Of a stretch of DNA of 39,778 nucleotides, positions 24,821-34,295 are shown piece after piece (the first letter of the stretch is position 1; each line of letters opens with the position of its first letter). The notes below the pieces were generated by a model. It did no database searches and had not been told where the DNA came from. It saw nothing but the letters and a program-made list of their open reading frames with translations. The stretch comes from a bacterium (GTDB lineage Bacteria; Patescibacteriota; Saccharimonadia; Saccharimonadales; UBA4665): NCBI GenBank assembly GCA_010027485.1, contig RGVC01000001.1, positions 1 to 39,778 of the forward strand, read 5' to 3'. A program made the translations under genes and the position numbers.

Positions 24821-26028
24821 CTTCTTTTAGTTGGCTTTTGTAGCCAGCGTATGCCTATTATCATTAGTACTACTAAAATACTAGCCACAATTAATTTACC
24901 TAATGTTGTGCCGATGAAATTATTAAATAGTGTTGGACCATTGCCTGGGAGCTGGCTACTGCCATAACTGGCTATGCTTGAATCATTGCTGGTAGCAGAG
25001 TTTGTGGCGGGATCTGGGCTGACTTGCGTCCCAACAACGACCATTCTCTTCAGACTTGTTCCAGGTGGGTCACAGGTTATGAGAGTAGCAGTAGCTGTCT
25101 GTCCCTCAACGTTGCCAAGTACGCCTACTTCACTGGGATCAACTACTTTTTTGCTAATGACTTTATAAACGTATATTTTGCCATTATAGGTTAAATAAAA
25201 AGTATCATCGTTTTCTAAAGTACGAAGTAATACAAAAGCAAATTTATACTTCCCCTTATTGAAAATATTATTACTGCTATGCCCAAAAAATGCAGAATTA
25301 CCTTTTTGGCCAGGAACAGAAGTAGTTGGGTAATGTACCACGCCACTCTCTAGGCTGTTTTCGACTGCCGACTCGTCGATGGTTTTAACTCCGTAATTAA
25401 CCGGAATTTGGACATTAATCTTCGGGATTATAATTTCGGGTTGAGCAGAAGGAGTTATGGAGTCGCTACTAACAATCAAAGGTGCATTTGCATTGGCTCT
25501 GCTAGGTTGAACGAACGGCGCTATTACAACCTCGTTGAAAAAACCAAATAGTAGTACTAAAAGCACTACGAAACCCATTCCCAGACCAAATAACAAAGAC
25601 TGTAAGTGGTGTTTAGCTTTTAGTTTTCCGCCTGCACTAACATGATTATTAACTTTTTCTTTCAGTGTTCGGGGCTTTTTGGTTTCGCTCAGGGTTCTTT
25701 GGTTATGTGAAGAGTGGCTACTACTCGCAGGATGCTTAAGGTACTTTTGGCTGTCATAAAATTCATCCCAAACTTCATGTTTTTCATGTTCTGGAAGATT
25801 TTGATAATAATCATGCCAAGCCGTTTGAATGGAGGCTAGGTTTTGTCCAGAATCGTGTAAATTACGGATAAAAAGCTGATGTTTACTAGGTCTGCTGGCT
25901 ACTTCAGATTCAGCCAACTCATTTAAAGCGCCGGGCTCTTTATCGTATAAGTGTTTTAATTTACCTCTAATAGCATTGGCGGCTAAATCTTGGTGTTTTG
26001 AATTATTATCAGACGATTTATTATTCAT
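24814..26028 (-). CDS. Sortase-family transpeptidase with long N-terminal cytoplasmic extension and a C-terminal TM
   Basis: Catalytic His region (SAFFGHSSN) and TLITCDP cysteine motif, with a TM before the domain and a second hydrophobic segment plus basic tail at the C-terminus. It shows a 7-nt convergent overlap with the PEGA gene. Confidence 0.8.
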   Translation of the reverse strand: MNNKSSDNNSKHQDLAANAIRGKLKHLYDKEPGALNELAESEVASRPSKHQLFIRNLHDSGQNLASIQTAWHDYYQNLPEHEKHEVWDEFYDSQKYLKHPASSSHSSHNQRTLSETKKPRTLKEKVNNHVSAGGKLKAKHHLQSLLFGLGMGFVVLLVLLFGFFNEVVIAPFVQPSRANANAPLIVSSDSITPSAQPEIIIPKINVQIPVNYGVKTIDESAVENSLESGVVHYPTTSVPGQKGNSAFFGHSSNNIFNKGKYKFAFVLLRTLENDDTFYLTYNGKIYVYKVISKKVVDPSEVGVLGNVEGQTATATLITCDPPGTSLKRMVVVGTQVSPDPATNSATSNDSSIASYGSSQLPGNGPTLFNNFIGTTLGKLIVASILVVLMIIGIRWLQKPTKRSY

Positions 26029-26133
26029 ATATTTAATAATTTAAGCCATATATACTAGCTCAATCTATCTTAAGTATAGTACAATTACCCCTAGTAGCAT
26101 ACTTTTTAGTTATGCTTAAAATGTGATAAATCT

Positions 26134-26221
26134 GGGCGAGTGGTGAAATTGGTATACACGCTAGACTCAAAATCTTGTGAGCTTTACGCTCGTGGGGGTT
26201 CAAGTCCCCCCTCGCCCACCA
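26134..26221 (+). tRNA. tRNA-Leu (anticodon CAA), long variable arm, CCA encoded
   Basis: The acceptor is GGGCGAG/CTCGCCC and the anticodon loop is CTCAAAA. The variable arm is GTGAGCTTTACGCTCGT and the T-arm is GGGGG-TTCAAGT-CCCCC. With discriminator A and CCA it totals 88 nt. Confidence 0.9.
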
Positions 26222-26222
26222 T

Positions 26223-26999
26223 TTAATTGACTATGGCGCTAGCAATTGCTGGCAATGACTTAGAAGGATGTTGCATCCACCATACGGCTGCTTTTGCAGG
26301 GTATAGAGATATCTCAGGTTCAGTTTTGGTAGTTATCACCTTTCCCTGCTCACTAACGACAATATTTCCATTAAACTCCGACAATATAATTGGTTTAAAC
26401 CTCTTGGTGTATTCACTCACTGTTTCAATATATGAGTCGAGGTTCATGGTGCTTTTAAGGGGTCTAGCAAAACGTGAATTTATAAATAGTTTTTGTAGTT
26501 TAGAAAAATCTAATACTAGTAGTGTATTTATGCGGTTTAGTACTGCATGAGGATTGTTGAGCGCTAGATCAACAGCATCTCCATAAAATGTAATTTGGCC
26601 TGAGTATTTTTCGAGAAAAGTTTCTAGGAGCGTTGCAGTTTCGCTGTTATTAGAAAAATCGCCGGCCAGCAGAACTCCGTCCGACCAATTGGCTAAATCT
26701 AAAAATGCGCTGATGGCTTGTTTCGAGAAACTACCACTATTGTTGTTGGGAGCAAATTCGGCGTCTTCTAGAGTTTTTCCAACGATTTTTTGTAATACTT
26801 GAGGCATTAAAACTTTTACGGTCCCAGCTCCAGCCTGCAAGGACTTGGTATAGCAAATAGCTGGTGATGTAAACCCATTACTGTTTCCACCGATAATCAG
26901 TAATTTGCCGGCAGTCATTTTAGTGCTTGGCTTGCTCCAAATGAGATCCTCAAAAAGAGGCTTATTAGAATCTTGTTTTTGCCAAATATCACTATTCAT
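26223..26999 (-). CDS. Divergent YjeF-C-terminal/carbohydrate-kinase-like protein (NAD(P)HX dehydratase family?)
   Basis: GKLLIIGGNSNGFTSPAICYTKSLQAGAGTVKVLMP and GVLLAGDFSNN..YGDAVDL mirror the family blocks, but the usual GPGLG-type loop is replaced. Confidence 0.45.
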   Translation of the reverse strand: MNSDIWQKQDSNKPLFEDLIWSKPSTKMTAGKLLIIGGNSNGFTSPAICYTKSLQAGAGTVKVLMPQVLQKIVGKTLEDAEFAPNNNSGSFSKQAISAFLDLANWSDGVLLAGDFSNNSETATLLETFLEKYSGQITFYGDAVDLALNNPHAVLNRINTLLVLDFSKLQKLFINSRFARPLKSTMNLDSYIETVSEYTKRFKPIILSEFNGNIVVSEQGKVITTKTEPEISLYPAKAAVWWMQHPSKSLPAIASAIVN

Positions 27000-27708
27000 C
27001 TAGCTTGTATTCCTCGTTATTTGGCATAAGTTTATAGATCATGTTTTTGCGCTCAACAACTATTTGCCAGTGTCTTTTTCTGGCTTCTTCGTAGAAGGCT
27101 CTGCTAGGATTAAAGGCTATGGGGTTTTCGGTTTTCGCCAGCATTTCAATGTCGCCTTCGCTATCGCCTATGCCGTAGCTATCTTTATATGACAGTCCGT
27201 GTTTTTGGACTAATTTGTCTAAGGCTTGATGCTTGTGACCAATAACCAGATATTGATAACCTTTGAATTTATCGCCGTCTACTTCAAAACTAGTGGCCAT
27301 AAAATCATCAAAACCATAATAATTTACCATCTCTTTTACGATAATGTCTGGTGAGCCAGAAATGGCAAATAGCATGTAGCCACGGCTTTTTAAGTCTTTA
27401 ATTAAATCCCTGGTGTATGTGTATACCTGATCCTTGTATCTATCAAAAACTTGTTGCACTATTTGGTGAAAATTTTGGACACCTGTTTTAGTCAGGGCTT
27501 CATTAAAAACTTCAATCAACTGTCTTTCGTAATTGATGAATGCTTGGTCGTGGTCGCGTGTTTTCCAGCTCATTCGCTGTTTGAGGACTTTTTTGAAGGC
27601 TTGCTCATCTATGATGCCAACTTTAGCCATTTCATCACAGATTGCATGATACAGTTGCCACCTGATAATGGTGCCATCAATATCAAATACAGCAAATGGA
27701 CGGCTCAT
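26992..27708 (-). CDS. HAD-superfamily hydrolase, subfamily IB (SerB-like phosphatase)
   Basis: Motif I FDIDGTI and motif IV GDSEGD, with a cap region between them. Confidence 0.8.
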   Translation of the reverse strand: MSRPFAVFDIDGTIIRWQLYHAICDEMAKVGIIDEQAFKKVLKQRMSWKTRDHDQAFINYERQLIEVFNEALTKTGVQNFHQIVQQVFDRYKDQVYTYTRDLIKDLKSRGYMLFAISGSPDIIVKEMVNYYGFDDFMATSFEVDGDKFKGYQYLVIGHKHQALDKLVQKHGLSYKDSYGIGDSEGDIEMLAKTENPIAFNPSRAFYEEARKRHWQIVVERKNMIYKLMPNNEEYKLDE

Positions 27709-28505
27709 AAATCAATACCTATGGACACAGGACAATGATCGGAACCTAGTACATCGGCATGAATTTTGGCAGTTTTAATATTTGGCTCAAGAGATTTTGA
27801 AGTTAAAAAGTAATCAATCCGCCAGCCGACGTTGCGCTCTCTAGATTTGGCAAAATAGCTCCACCAGCTGTAGTGTCCATTGCCTTGAGTGAAAATTCGA
27901 AATGTATCTATAAAGCCAGCGTCTATAAATGCTTGAAAGCCACTGCGTTCTTCGTTTGTAAAGCCTTTTTTGCCCCTGTTGGGTTTGGGGTTGGCAAGAT
28001 CATCTTCGGTATGAGCTACATTTAAATCACCACAGAAAATTACCGGCTTAGTTTTTTCGAGTTGTTTACAGTAATCCAAAAAAGCTGGATCCCAGTGTTT
28101 TTCTCGTAATGGTATACGGCTCAAATCATCTTTAGCATTGGGAGTATAAACTGTAACCAGCCAAAATTTGTCAAACTCTGCGCTTAGCACCCTGCCCTCG
28201 TCGTTCGGATTGCCGTAGTTATCGGCATTCAATTTGTGCTTTTTAATTATGTCTTCAGGAAAACCGTCAATTACTTGTTTGGGCGGAATTTTAGAAATAA
28301 TCGCCGTTCCACTATAACCCGGCTTCAGTGCTGGGTACCAAAAACTGTCATAATCGGCTAAATGAATATCGATCTGATCTTGCTTGGCCTTTATTTCCTG
28401 TAAACAGATAATGTCAGGTTTTTCTTTTTCCAAAAAAGGCTTCCACAGCTCTTTTCGCTCAACTGCCCTTATGCCGTTTACATTCCATGAATAAATAGTT
28501 GTCAT
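27705..28505 (-). CDS. xth: Exodeoxyribonuclease III / AP endonuclease
   Basis: SWNVNGIRA, LQEIK, GDLNVAH and SDHCPV motifs of the EEP/ExoIII family. Confidence 0.92.
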   Translation of the reverse strand: MTTIYSWNVNGIRAVERKELWKPFLEKEKPDIICLQEIKAKQDQIDIHLADYDSFWYPALKPGYSGTAIISKIPPKQVIDGFPEDIIKKHKLNADNYGNPNDEGRVLSAEFDKFWLVTVYTPNAKDDLSRIPLREKHWDPAFLDYCKQLEKTKPVIFCGDLNVAHTEDDLANPKPNRGKKGFTNEERSGFQAFIDAGFIDTFRIFTQGNGHYSWWSYFAKSRERNVGWRIDYFLTSKSLEPNIKTAKIHADVLGSDHCPVSIGIDL

Positions 28506-28555
28506 TACTAAAAAGTATAGCCTTGAGTAGGAACTTTTGCTAGACTCTTAGCAAG

Positions 28556-29272
28556 ATGTCAGCTAAAGCATACAAAAGAATATTACTAAAATTATCAGGT
28601 GAACAGCTTGCTGGAAAATATGACTTTGGTGTTGATCCCGAAATAGCTGCCTATTTAGCCAAAGAAATAAGCCAAGTTGTAGACATGGGCTGCGAGGTGG
28701 TTGTAATAGCCGGTGGCGGAAATATGGTTCGTGGTGCTGAAATAGCCGGAAATGGAATTCGTCGAGTAACTGCCGATCAGATGGGCATGCTTAGTGGTCT
28801 TATAAACTGTATGGCAATCACCGACATTTTTGAATATAACAATCTTAAAACACGCTGCTTAAGCAATATATACGCTCAACAATTGGCTGAATCGTACTCT
28901 TACCGTTTAGCCGAAAAACACCTTCAGAAAAAACGAGTTGTGGTGGTGGCCGGTGGCACCGCAAGGCCTTACGTAACTCATGACACTGCAGCAGTTAGTT
29001 TCGCGCTGGAACTGGACTGCGAAGTAGTGCTCAAAGCCACAAAATACGATGGTGTTTACGACAAAGATCCTGCTAAATTCAAGGACGCAGTTAAGCTTGA
29101 TAAAGCTACTTTTAGCGATGCTCTCAATAAATCAGCAATCAAGGTAATGGATAAAGCTGCTATTGGCCTAGCCATGGAACAGCAAAAACCGATTATTGTT
29201 TTTGACGTAATGACGCCTGGTAGTCTAGCAAAGATTGCTAGAGGCAAAATTGTCGGAACACTTATTCACTAG
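28556..29272 (+). CDS. pyrH: UMP kinase
   Basis: YKRILLKLSGE N-terminus, GGGN(M)VRG loop and an amino-acid-kinase fold pattern. Confidence 0.92.
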   Translation: MSAKAYKRILLKLSGEQLAGKYDFGVDPEIAAYLAKEISQVVDMGCEVVVIAGGGNMVRGAEIAGNGIRRVTADQMGMLSGLINCMAITDIFEYNNLKTRCLSNIYAQQLAESYSYRLAEKHLQKKRVVVVAGGTARPYVTHDTAAVSFALELDCEVVLKATKYDGVYDKDPAKFKDAVKLDKATFSDALNKSAIKVMDKAAIGLAMEQQKPIIVFDVMTPGSLAKIARGKIVGTLIH

Positions 29273-31631
29273 CTAAGTCTGCGACGTCCAGTGTAACGGA
29301 ATCACCCTCTTTGATAGCGCCTGATAGAATTTTTTGGGCGACGCTATTTTCGACTGCTCTTTGCAAGGCTCTACGCATAGGCCTAGCACCTAAACGAGGG
29401 TCATTGCCCTCTTTTACTATCTGAGTGATTGCTGCATCGGTTAAGCTGATTTTAATATTCTTATTTGATAGGGTTTTGTTAACTTCTTCAAGCATTAGCC
29501 CTACCACCTGCTTTAACTCATCTGGATTTAGCGGCCTAAAAAGTACTATTTCGTCAAAACGGTTTAATAACTCAGGCTTAAAACTACCAGCGTTTATAAG
29601 GTTGTCGGTAAATTGATTAGCAAAGTCTTCTATGTTCTCGCCTTTTTCTATTCTTTCTCGAATTTCTTGGGCGCCGGCGTTAGAAGTAGTAATAATGATA
29701 CTGTCTTTAAAGGAGGCTGCTTTACCAGATTCATCTGTAAGCCGGCCTTCATCTAGAAGTTGCAGGAGTAGATTCAATATATTGGGGTGTGCTTTTTCTA
29801 TTTCATCTAGGAGCACTACCGTGTAAGGTTTCTTTCGAATATTGAGTAGCAAACTTGATGATTCATTTTCGCCAGTCGCTAATAGTCTTTTTACGTCATC
29901 GGGTTGTTGATATTCACTCATGTCTAAGCGAATCATGGCTGACTCATCTCCGAAATAAATGGCTGCAATTGATTTTGCAAGTTCAGTTTTACCGACTCCA
30001 GTTGGCCCTAAGAACAAAAAGCTGCCCATTGGTTTATTGGGGTTACTAACGCCAGCTCTGGCTCGTCTGAGAGCATTCGATACTACACTAACGGCATGAG
30101 ATTGATTGATCATGCGCTTGTGAATAGCATCTTCCATATTGAGTAGTGCGCCACTTTCTTCTGGCGCAACTTTGGAGACTTTTACTCCACTAATTTGCTC
30201 TATAGTCTGCTCTATTGTTTCTTTTGTCATCATAGAGTTTTGAGCATGTGGAACAGATTCCTCCAATAATTTAATAGCCTTGCCAGGATAAGCCATATCT
30301 TGATCAAATCTATCGCTCAGCTGATAAATCGCTCTAATAGCTGAAAATGTTATTAATAATTTTTTATTAATTTCTGTACCTAGTGCAATGTCTTCTAAAA
30401 CTCTCATGACTCCTACTTGATCTAGTTCTTGGAGTTTGACTGGTGTAATAAGATTAGATAAGTTTTGACTCTTGGTTCGCAGTCGCTGAAAATCACTGTC
30501 AGACATGGCTAAAATAATCGGCACCTGACCGGATTCAATAACTTTAAGGAGTATTTGCGAGGCATCAATTGCGCCTGGTTGGTCGCTAAAGAATGTCTGG
30601 GCGTCATCTATAAACAGCATAATATGACCAGCTTTGGAGGCTTCGTTTACTAGATTAACAATCAAAGCTTCAAGCTCTCCGGGATGCTGGGCATTTGACG
30701 TTATATCCATGGCACTGATGCCAATAATTTGATGATAAGCTAGATTCGGCGTGGATTTGCCTTCAATTAATTTTTGAGCTAAGGCCTTTACCGATGAGCT
30801 TTTGCCTATACCGTCTGGGCCTATTAGTGCTACGGCTTTGGCATTGTTGTCGAAGGCTGATTCTACTGCCTTAACCCCTTCAGAATCTGTTAGCCAGCCA
30901 TAATTAGCGCCATACTTTTCAATAGATAAACTTATATTTTGGCCAAGTTTGTTGAGTAAGGGTGTCCATCCATTGGCCCAGTCTCGGCCGATTCCGCCGT
31001 AATATTTTTTGTTATTTTTCTTGGTGTCTAAAGACCTGGCCAGCCAGTTGACGATATCTTGGATATCTTCGGCCTTGTTGCCCGATTTAACAATCATTTC
31101 TTTTACAGCACTGGATTGCATGAGTAAGCTGGCAATTATAAAGCCAACTTCTATAGATTCACTATGATTTTGATCAGCAATTTGGCTGGCTACCGTCCAG
31201 GTTTTTGCCAGTGCTTCGGGACTATTGTCTAATGCCGGTAAAACAGCTTCATCGGAAATTGTTAGGTGGCCCAAAATAAAATCGGATTGCCAATTGTTAC
31301 TTAGTGCCTGGAAAAGCTGTTTATTATCATTTATGCTAATTGGTAAATTGGATAAAACATCATAAGATAGTCTGTCTGTAATACTTTTATTGTGGGGTTC
31401 TAGAACACTCAAGTCTCTTTTCCACCAAGAAGCTAACATAAATCCTATAATTGCTGGAGCACTCAGTAGTGCCGCAAAGTTTTTACCGCCAATAAATAAA
31501 ATGTAGGTCGCTAAAGAACCACACAATATGGTTATCAGCACCAGTAAATAAAATCCACGCTTACCTATTTTTTTGCCGAGCCTGGCCTTTTTATGCCTTG
31601 CATTACCTAGATTAATCGCCTGTTCGTTCAT
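29262..31631 (-). CDS. Membrane-anchored Clp/Hsp100-type double AAA+ ATPase (ClpC/ClpA-like)
   Basis: Two N-terminal hydrophobic helices are present. D1 has Walker A GPDGIGKSS and an atypical Walker B FIDDAQ. D2 is canonical (GPTGVGKTELAK, VVLLDEIEKAH, sensor GARPMRRA). No long ClpB-type coiled-coil insert is evident. Confidence 0.8.
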   Translation of the reverse strand: MNEQAINLGNARHKKARLGKKIGKRGFYLLVLITILCGSLATYILFIGGKNFAALLSAPAIIGFMLASWWKRDLSVLEPHNKSITDRLSYDVLSNLPISINDNKQLFQALSNNWQSDFILGHLTISDEAVLPALDNSPEALAKTWTVASQIADQNHSESIEVGFIIASLLMQSSAVKEMIVKSGNKAEDIQDIVNWLARSLDTKKNNKKYYGGIGRDWANGWTPLLNKLGQNISLSIEKYGANYGWLTDSEGVKAVESAFDNNAKAVALIGPDGIGKSSSVKALAQKLIEGKSTPNLAYHQIIGISAMDITSNAQHPGELEALIVNLVNEASKAGHIMLFIDDAQTFFSDQPGAIDASQILLKVIESGQVPIILAMSDSDFQRLRTKSQNLSNLITPVKLQELDQVGVMRVLEDIALGTEINKKLLITFSAIRAIYQLSDRFDQDMAYPGKAIKLLEESVPHAQNSMMTKETIEQTIEQISGVKVSKVAPEESGALLNMEDAIHKRMINQSHAVSVVSNALRRARAGVSNPNKPMGSFLFLGPTGVGKTELAKSIAAIYFGDESAMIRLDMSEYQQPDDVKRLLATGENESSSLLLNIRKKPYTVVLLDEIEKAHPNILNLLLQLLDEGRLTDESGKAASFKDSIIITTSNAGAQEIRERIEKGENIEDFANQFTDNLINAGSFKPELLNRFDEIVLFRPLNPDELKQVVGLMLEEVNKTLSNKNIKISLTDAAITQIVKEGNDPRLGARPMRRALQRAVENSVAQKILSGAIKEGDSVTLDVADLASE

Positions 31632-31996
31632 AATATTATTCCTAAAATTATACTTACAGGTACTAAGGCTGGTAGTAGCGGCCAGACAATAATTTCAATT
31701 AAAGATAATACTGCCACAAAAATTATTGTGACGAGCGCTGCAAGCAGTACTATCGATCTAACTACAAAACCGACAGCACGGCTAAATAGATTGTCTAAGG
31801 ATGCCTTTATTTTGTCATCGAAGCCATCACCCGTATAGCTAATTATTCGCTTCCAAGGCGCAAACCAAGTTCTAATTAAGCTGTTCACGGAAAAGCTGGC
31901 AGAAATAGACATTGTTCGAATTTTAATGCTCTTAACAACCTGTTTCCAGCCATCACCGTACCACCAGATAAAGAATGAACTAATAAGCATATGCAT
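31628..31996 (-). CDS. Small hydrophobic membrane protein (122 aa), translationally coupled to the Clp-like gene
   Basis: ATGA stop/start overlap at 31628-31631, a FIWWYGDGW N-terminus and C-terminal TM segments. Confidence 0.6.
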   Translation of the reverse strand: MHMLISSFFIWWYGDGWKQVVKSIKIRTMSISASFSVNSLIRTWFAPWKRIISYTGDGFDDKIKASLDNLFSRAVGFVVRSIVLLAALVTIIFVAVLSLIEIIVWPLLPALVPVSIILGIIL

Positions 31997-32028
31997 TTAT
32001 TGTAACATCTGTTAATAATAAGAAGGAA

Positions 32029-32118
32029 TGGCGGAGGGAGAGGGATTCGAACCCTCGGTAGAGTTGCCCCTACACCACCTTTCCAAGATGGCGCACTAGA
32101 CCACTATGCGACCCCTCC
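32029..32118 (-). tRNA. tRNA-Ser (anticodon GGA), long variable arm, CCA encoded
   Basis: The reverse complement folds with acceptor GGAGGGG/TCCCTCC (one G-U) and anticodon loop TTGGAAA. The variable arm is TGTAGGGGCAACTCTAC and the T-arm is GAGGG-TTCGAAT-CCCTC. With discriminator G and CCA it totals 90 nt. Confidence 0.9.
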
Positions 32119-32141
32119 ATTGTTTGGTATTGAACCTATAT

Positions 32142-32169
32142 ATTTTAACCTTTTATTGGTCCTTATCAA
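32142..32169 (-). promoter_or_regulatory. Candidate promoter for tRNA-Ser
   Basis: The minus strand reads TTGATA (32169-32164), 16 nt, TAAAAT (32147-32142). It lies about 17-24 nt upstream of the mature tRNA 5' end. Confidence 0.4.
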
Positions 32170-32229
32170 AAATTACGACACTTGAACTATTGTCATCTGT
32201 TAATAAGCTGTTTACAATTGGTGACAACG

Positions 32230-33081
32230 ATGGCTTTAATTGAACTACAAGACGTCAGCAAACTGTACGGCTTCGGCGATGCTACAACCTTAGCATTAGA
32301 CGAGGTCAACTTAACTATTGAAAAAGGCGAATTCGTGGCCGTCATGGGCCCCAGTGGTTGCGGCAAAAGCACACTTATGAATATCATCGGTTTACTTGAT
32401 AGGCCGAGCCACGGAAAATATCGCTTGCAAGCTAAGTCGGTTGAAACTCTGCGACCTAACCAATCGGCAAAATTGCGCCGAGATACCATTGGATTTATTT
32501 TTCAATCATACAATCTAGTACCTAGGCTGAACGTTCTAGATAATGTAGCTTTGCCTTTGATGTATAAGGGCGTTAATGTAACTAATAGGATTAAGCAAGC
32601 TAGCGCCATGCTAGAGCGTGTTGGCATTCAGGAGCGTGAATACTTTATGCCCAATCAACTCAGTGGCGGTCAGTTGCAGTGTGCAGCAATCGCTCGGGCC
32701 CTGATAAATAACCCTAAATTAATTGTTGCCGATGAACCCACTGGTAATTTAGACAGCGAAAGCTCACGCCTTGTCATGGAACTGTTGGCTGATATTCACA
32801 AAAATGGCAATACAGTAATTTTTGTGACACATAATCCAGAACTTACTAGATATGCTACACGAGTTGTTTATATGCACGATGGCAGTATTATTCACGATGA
32901 GAAAACCGTTATTGGTCGAGTTGCGTCAACTGCTAAAAAAGTAGCCGAAAAATCTCTTACTTCAGACGAAGAACACTTGCTGGCCGGCGTATCAACCATG
33001 ATGAAAACTTTTCCTACTAAAGATTCTGAGAGTAAAACAAAGTCTAGGAAAAAACCCCTAAAAGGTAAGAAAAAATCATGA
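32230..33081 (+). CDS. ABC transporter ATP-binding protein (MacB/LolD/FtsE-like) with Lys-rich C-terminal tail
   Basis: Walker A GPSGCGKST, Q-loop, signature LSGGQ, Walker B LIVADEPT and an H-loop. I prefer the ATG at 32230 (MALIELQDV, GGTGA 5 nt upstream) over the TTG at 32182 in the ORF track. Confidence 0.9.
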   Translation: MALIELQDVSKLYGFGDATTLALDEVNLTIEKGEFVAVMGPSGCGKSTLMNIIGLLDRPSHGKYRLQAKSVETLRPNQSAKLRRDTIGFIFQSYNLVPRLNVLDNVALPLMYKGVNVTNRIKQASAMLERVGIQEREYFMPNQLSGGQLQCAAIARALINNPKLIVADEPTGNLDSESSRLVMELLADIHKNGNTVIFVTHNPELTRYATRVVYMHDGSIIHDEKTVIGRVASTAKKVAEKSLTSDEEHLLAGVSTMMKTFPTKDSESKTKSRKKPLKGKKKS

Positions 33082-34295
33082 ACGAATATACTCGAGGTAA
33101 TTTTAAAGCAGGATTTAAAACATTACTTAGTACGAAACTGAGAAGCTTTTGGACGATGCTCGGAATAATTATCGGAGTAGCTTCAGTAATCACAGTTATC
33201 GGTATTGGATCGGGTATTAAACAGCAAGTTAGTCATCAGATTCAGCACCTTGGTAGAGATGTAATTGTTATACGACCAGGCGAGCTACATGGCAGTACGG
33301 GCCTAGACGCTCTATCTGGATTAAATGTTAGCGGGGCTTTAAGTTCAAAAGATGTCAATGTCGTAAAAAATGTCGATGGAGTATCTAGCGTTGCTCCAAT
33401 AAGCATATCGGTGGCAAAAATAACTCGCGATAAAATTCCCTACAATAATAATTTATTGATAGGCACCAATGGTGATCTACCGGGATTGTTGAATCAATCC
33501 ATAGCCTATGGCTCGTTTTTCACTTATGAAGACGAAGGCAGTAAGGCTGCAGTTCTTGGCGATAAAGTTGCAAAAAGAATATTCGACGAAGAATTGCCTC
33601 TGGGCAGAACATTTTACTACAACGGTCAAGAATTTATAGTTCGTGGCATTTTAAATGAGATGAACACCACTCCGCTAACTGAACAAGCTGATTTTAACGA
33701 TGCCATTTTTATTCAAGATCAGGTAGCTCAAGAACTTAGCAAAAATACCGCACCGATCTATCAAATATTAGCCCGCCCTGAAGACCCTAAACAATATAAA
33801 GCCGTAGCTGAAAAAATTCAAAATTCTTTATATAAATCTCATGGATATCAAAATAATTTCAAAGTCATAACCGGCGGTAAAGATTATGACAGCAATGGCA
33901 CTGTCTTATCATTGCTGACTCAAATGATTGCAGGAGTAGCTTCTATCTCTTTACTTGTGGGCGGAGTTGGCATTATGAACGTTATGTATGTTTCGGTTGC
34001 GGAGCGTTTACACGAAATTGGTATTCGCAGAGCCATTGGCGCTACAAATAAACAAATCGTCAGCCAGTTTGTAACAGAAGCATCTATCATTAGCCTAGTA
34101 GGTGGCGTACTAGGTGTAATATTGGCTTTTTTCATAAATATACTATTAAGAATCTTTAGCGATCTTAAGCCAGTGATGAGCATTGAATTGATTGTTTTAG
34201 CAATATTCATTTCTATTATTATTGGCATCATTTTTGGATCATTTCCGGCTATTAAGGCGGCTAGAAAAAATCCAATTGACGCACTTAGATCTTAA
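33078..34295 (+). CDS. ABC transporter permease, MacB/FtsX family
   Basis: N-terminal TM, a large periplasmic-type domain, then a C-terminal FtsX 3-TM bundle (ERLHEIGIRRAIGAT). A 4-nt overlap with the ATPase gene is present. Confidence 0.88.
   Translation: MNEYTRGNFKAGFKTLLSTKLRSFWTMLGIIIGVASVITVIGIGSGIKQQVSHQIQHLGRDVIVIRPGELHGSTGLDALSGLNVSGALSSKDVNVVKNVDGVSSVAPISISVAKITRDKIPYNNNLLIGTNGDLPGLLNQSIAYGSFFTYEDEGSKAAVLGDKVAKRIFDEELPLGRTFYYNGQEFIVRGILNEMNTTPLTEQADFNDAIFIQDQVAQELSKNTAPIYQILARPEDPKQYKAVAEKIQNSLYKSHGYQNNFKVITGGKDYDSNGTVLSLLTQMIAGVASISLLVGGVGIMNVMYVSVAERLHEIGIRRAIGATNKQIVSQFVTEASIISLVGGVLGVILAFFINILLRIFSDLKPVMSIELIVLAIFISIIIGIIFGSFPAIKAARKNPIDALRS

Noticed and set aside
32182-32229. 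The TTG-initiated N-terminal extension (MNYCHLLISCLQLVTT) of the ABC ATPase in the ORF track.
   Set aside because: ABC ATPases of this family start close to the MxLIELxxV strand. The ATG at 32230 has a GGTGA 5 nt upstream, and the extension is Cys/Leu-rich with no function.
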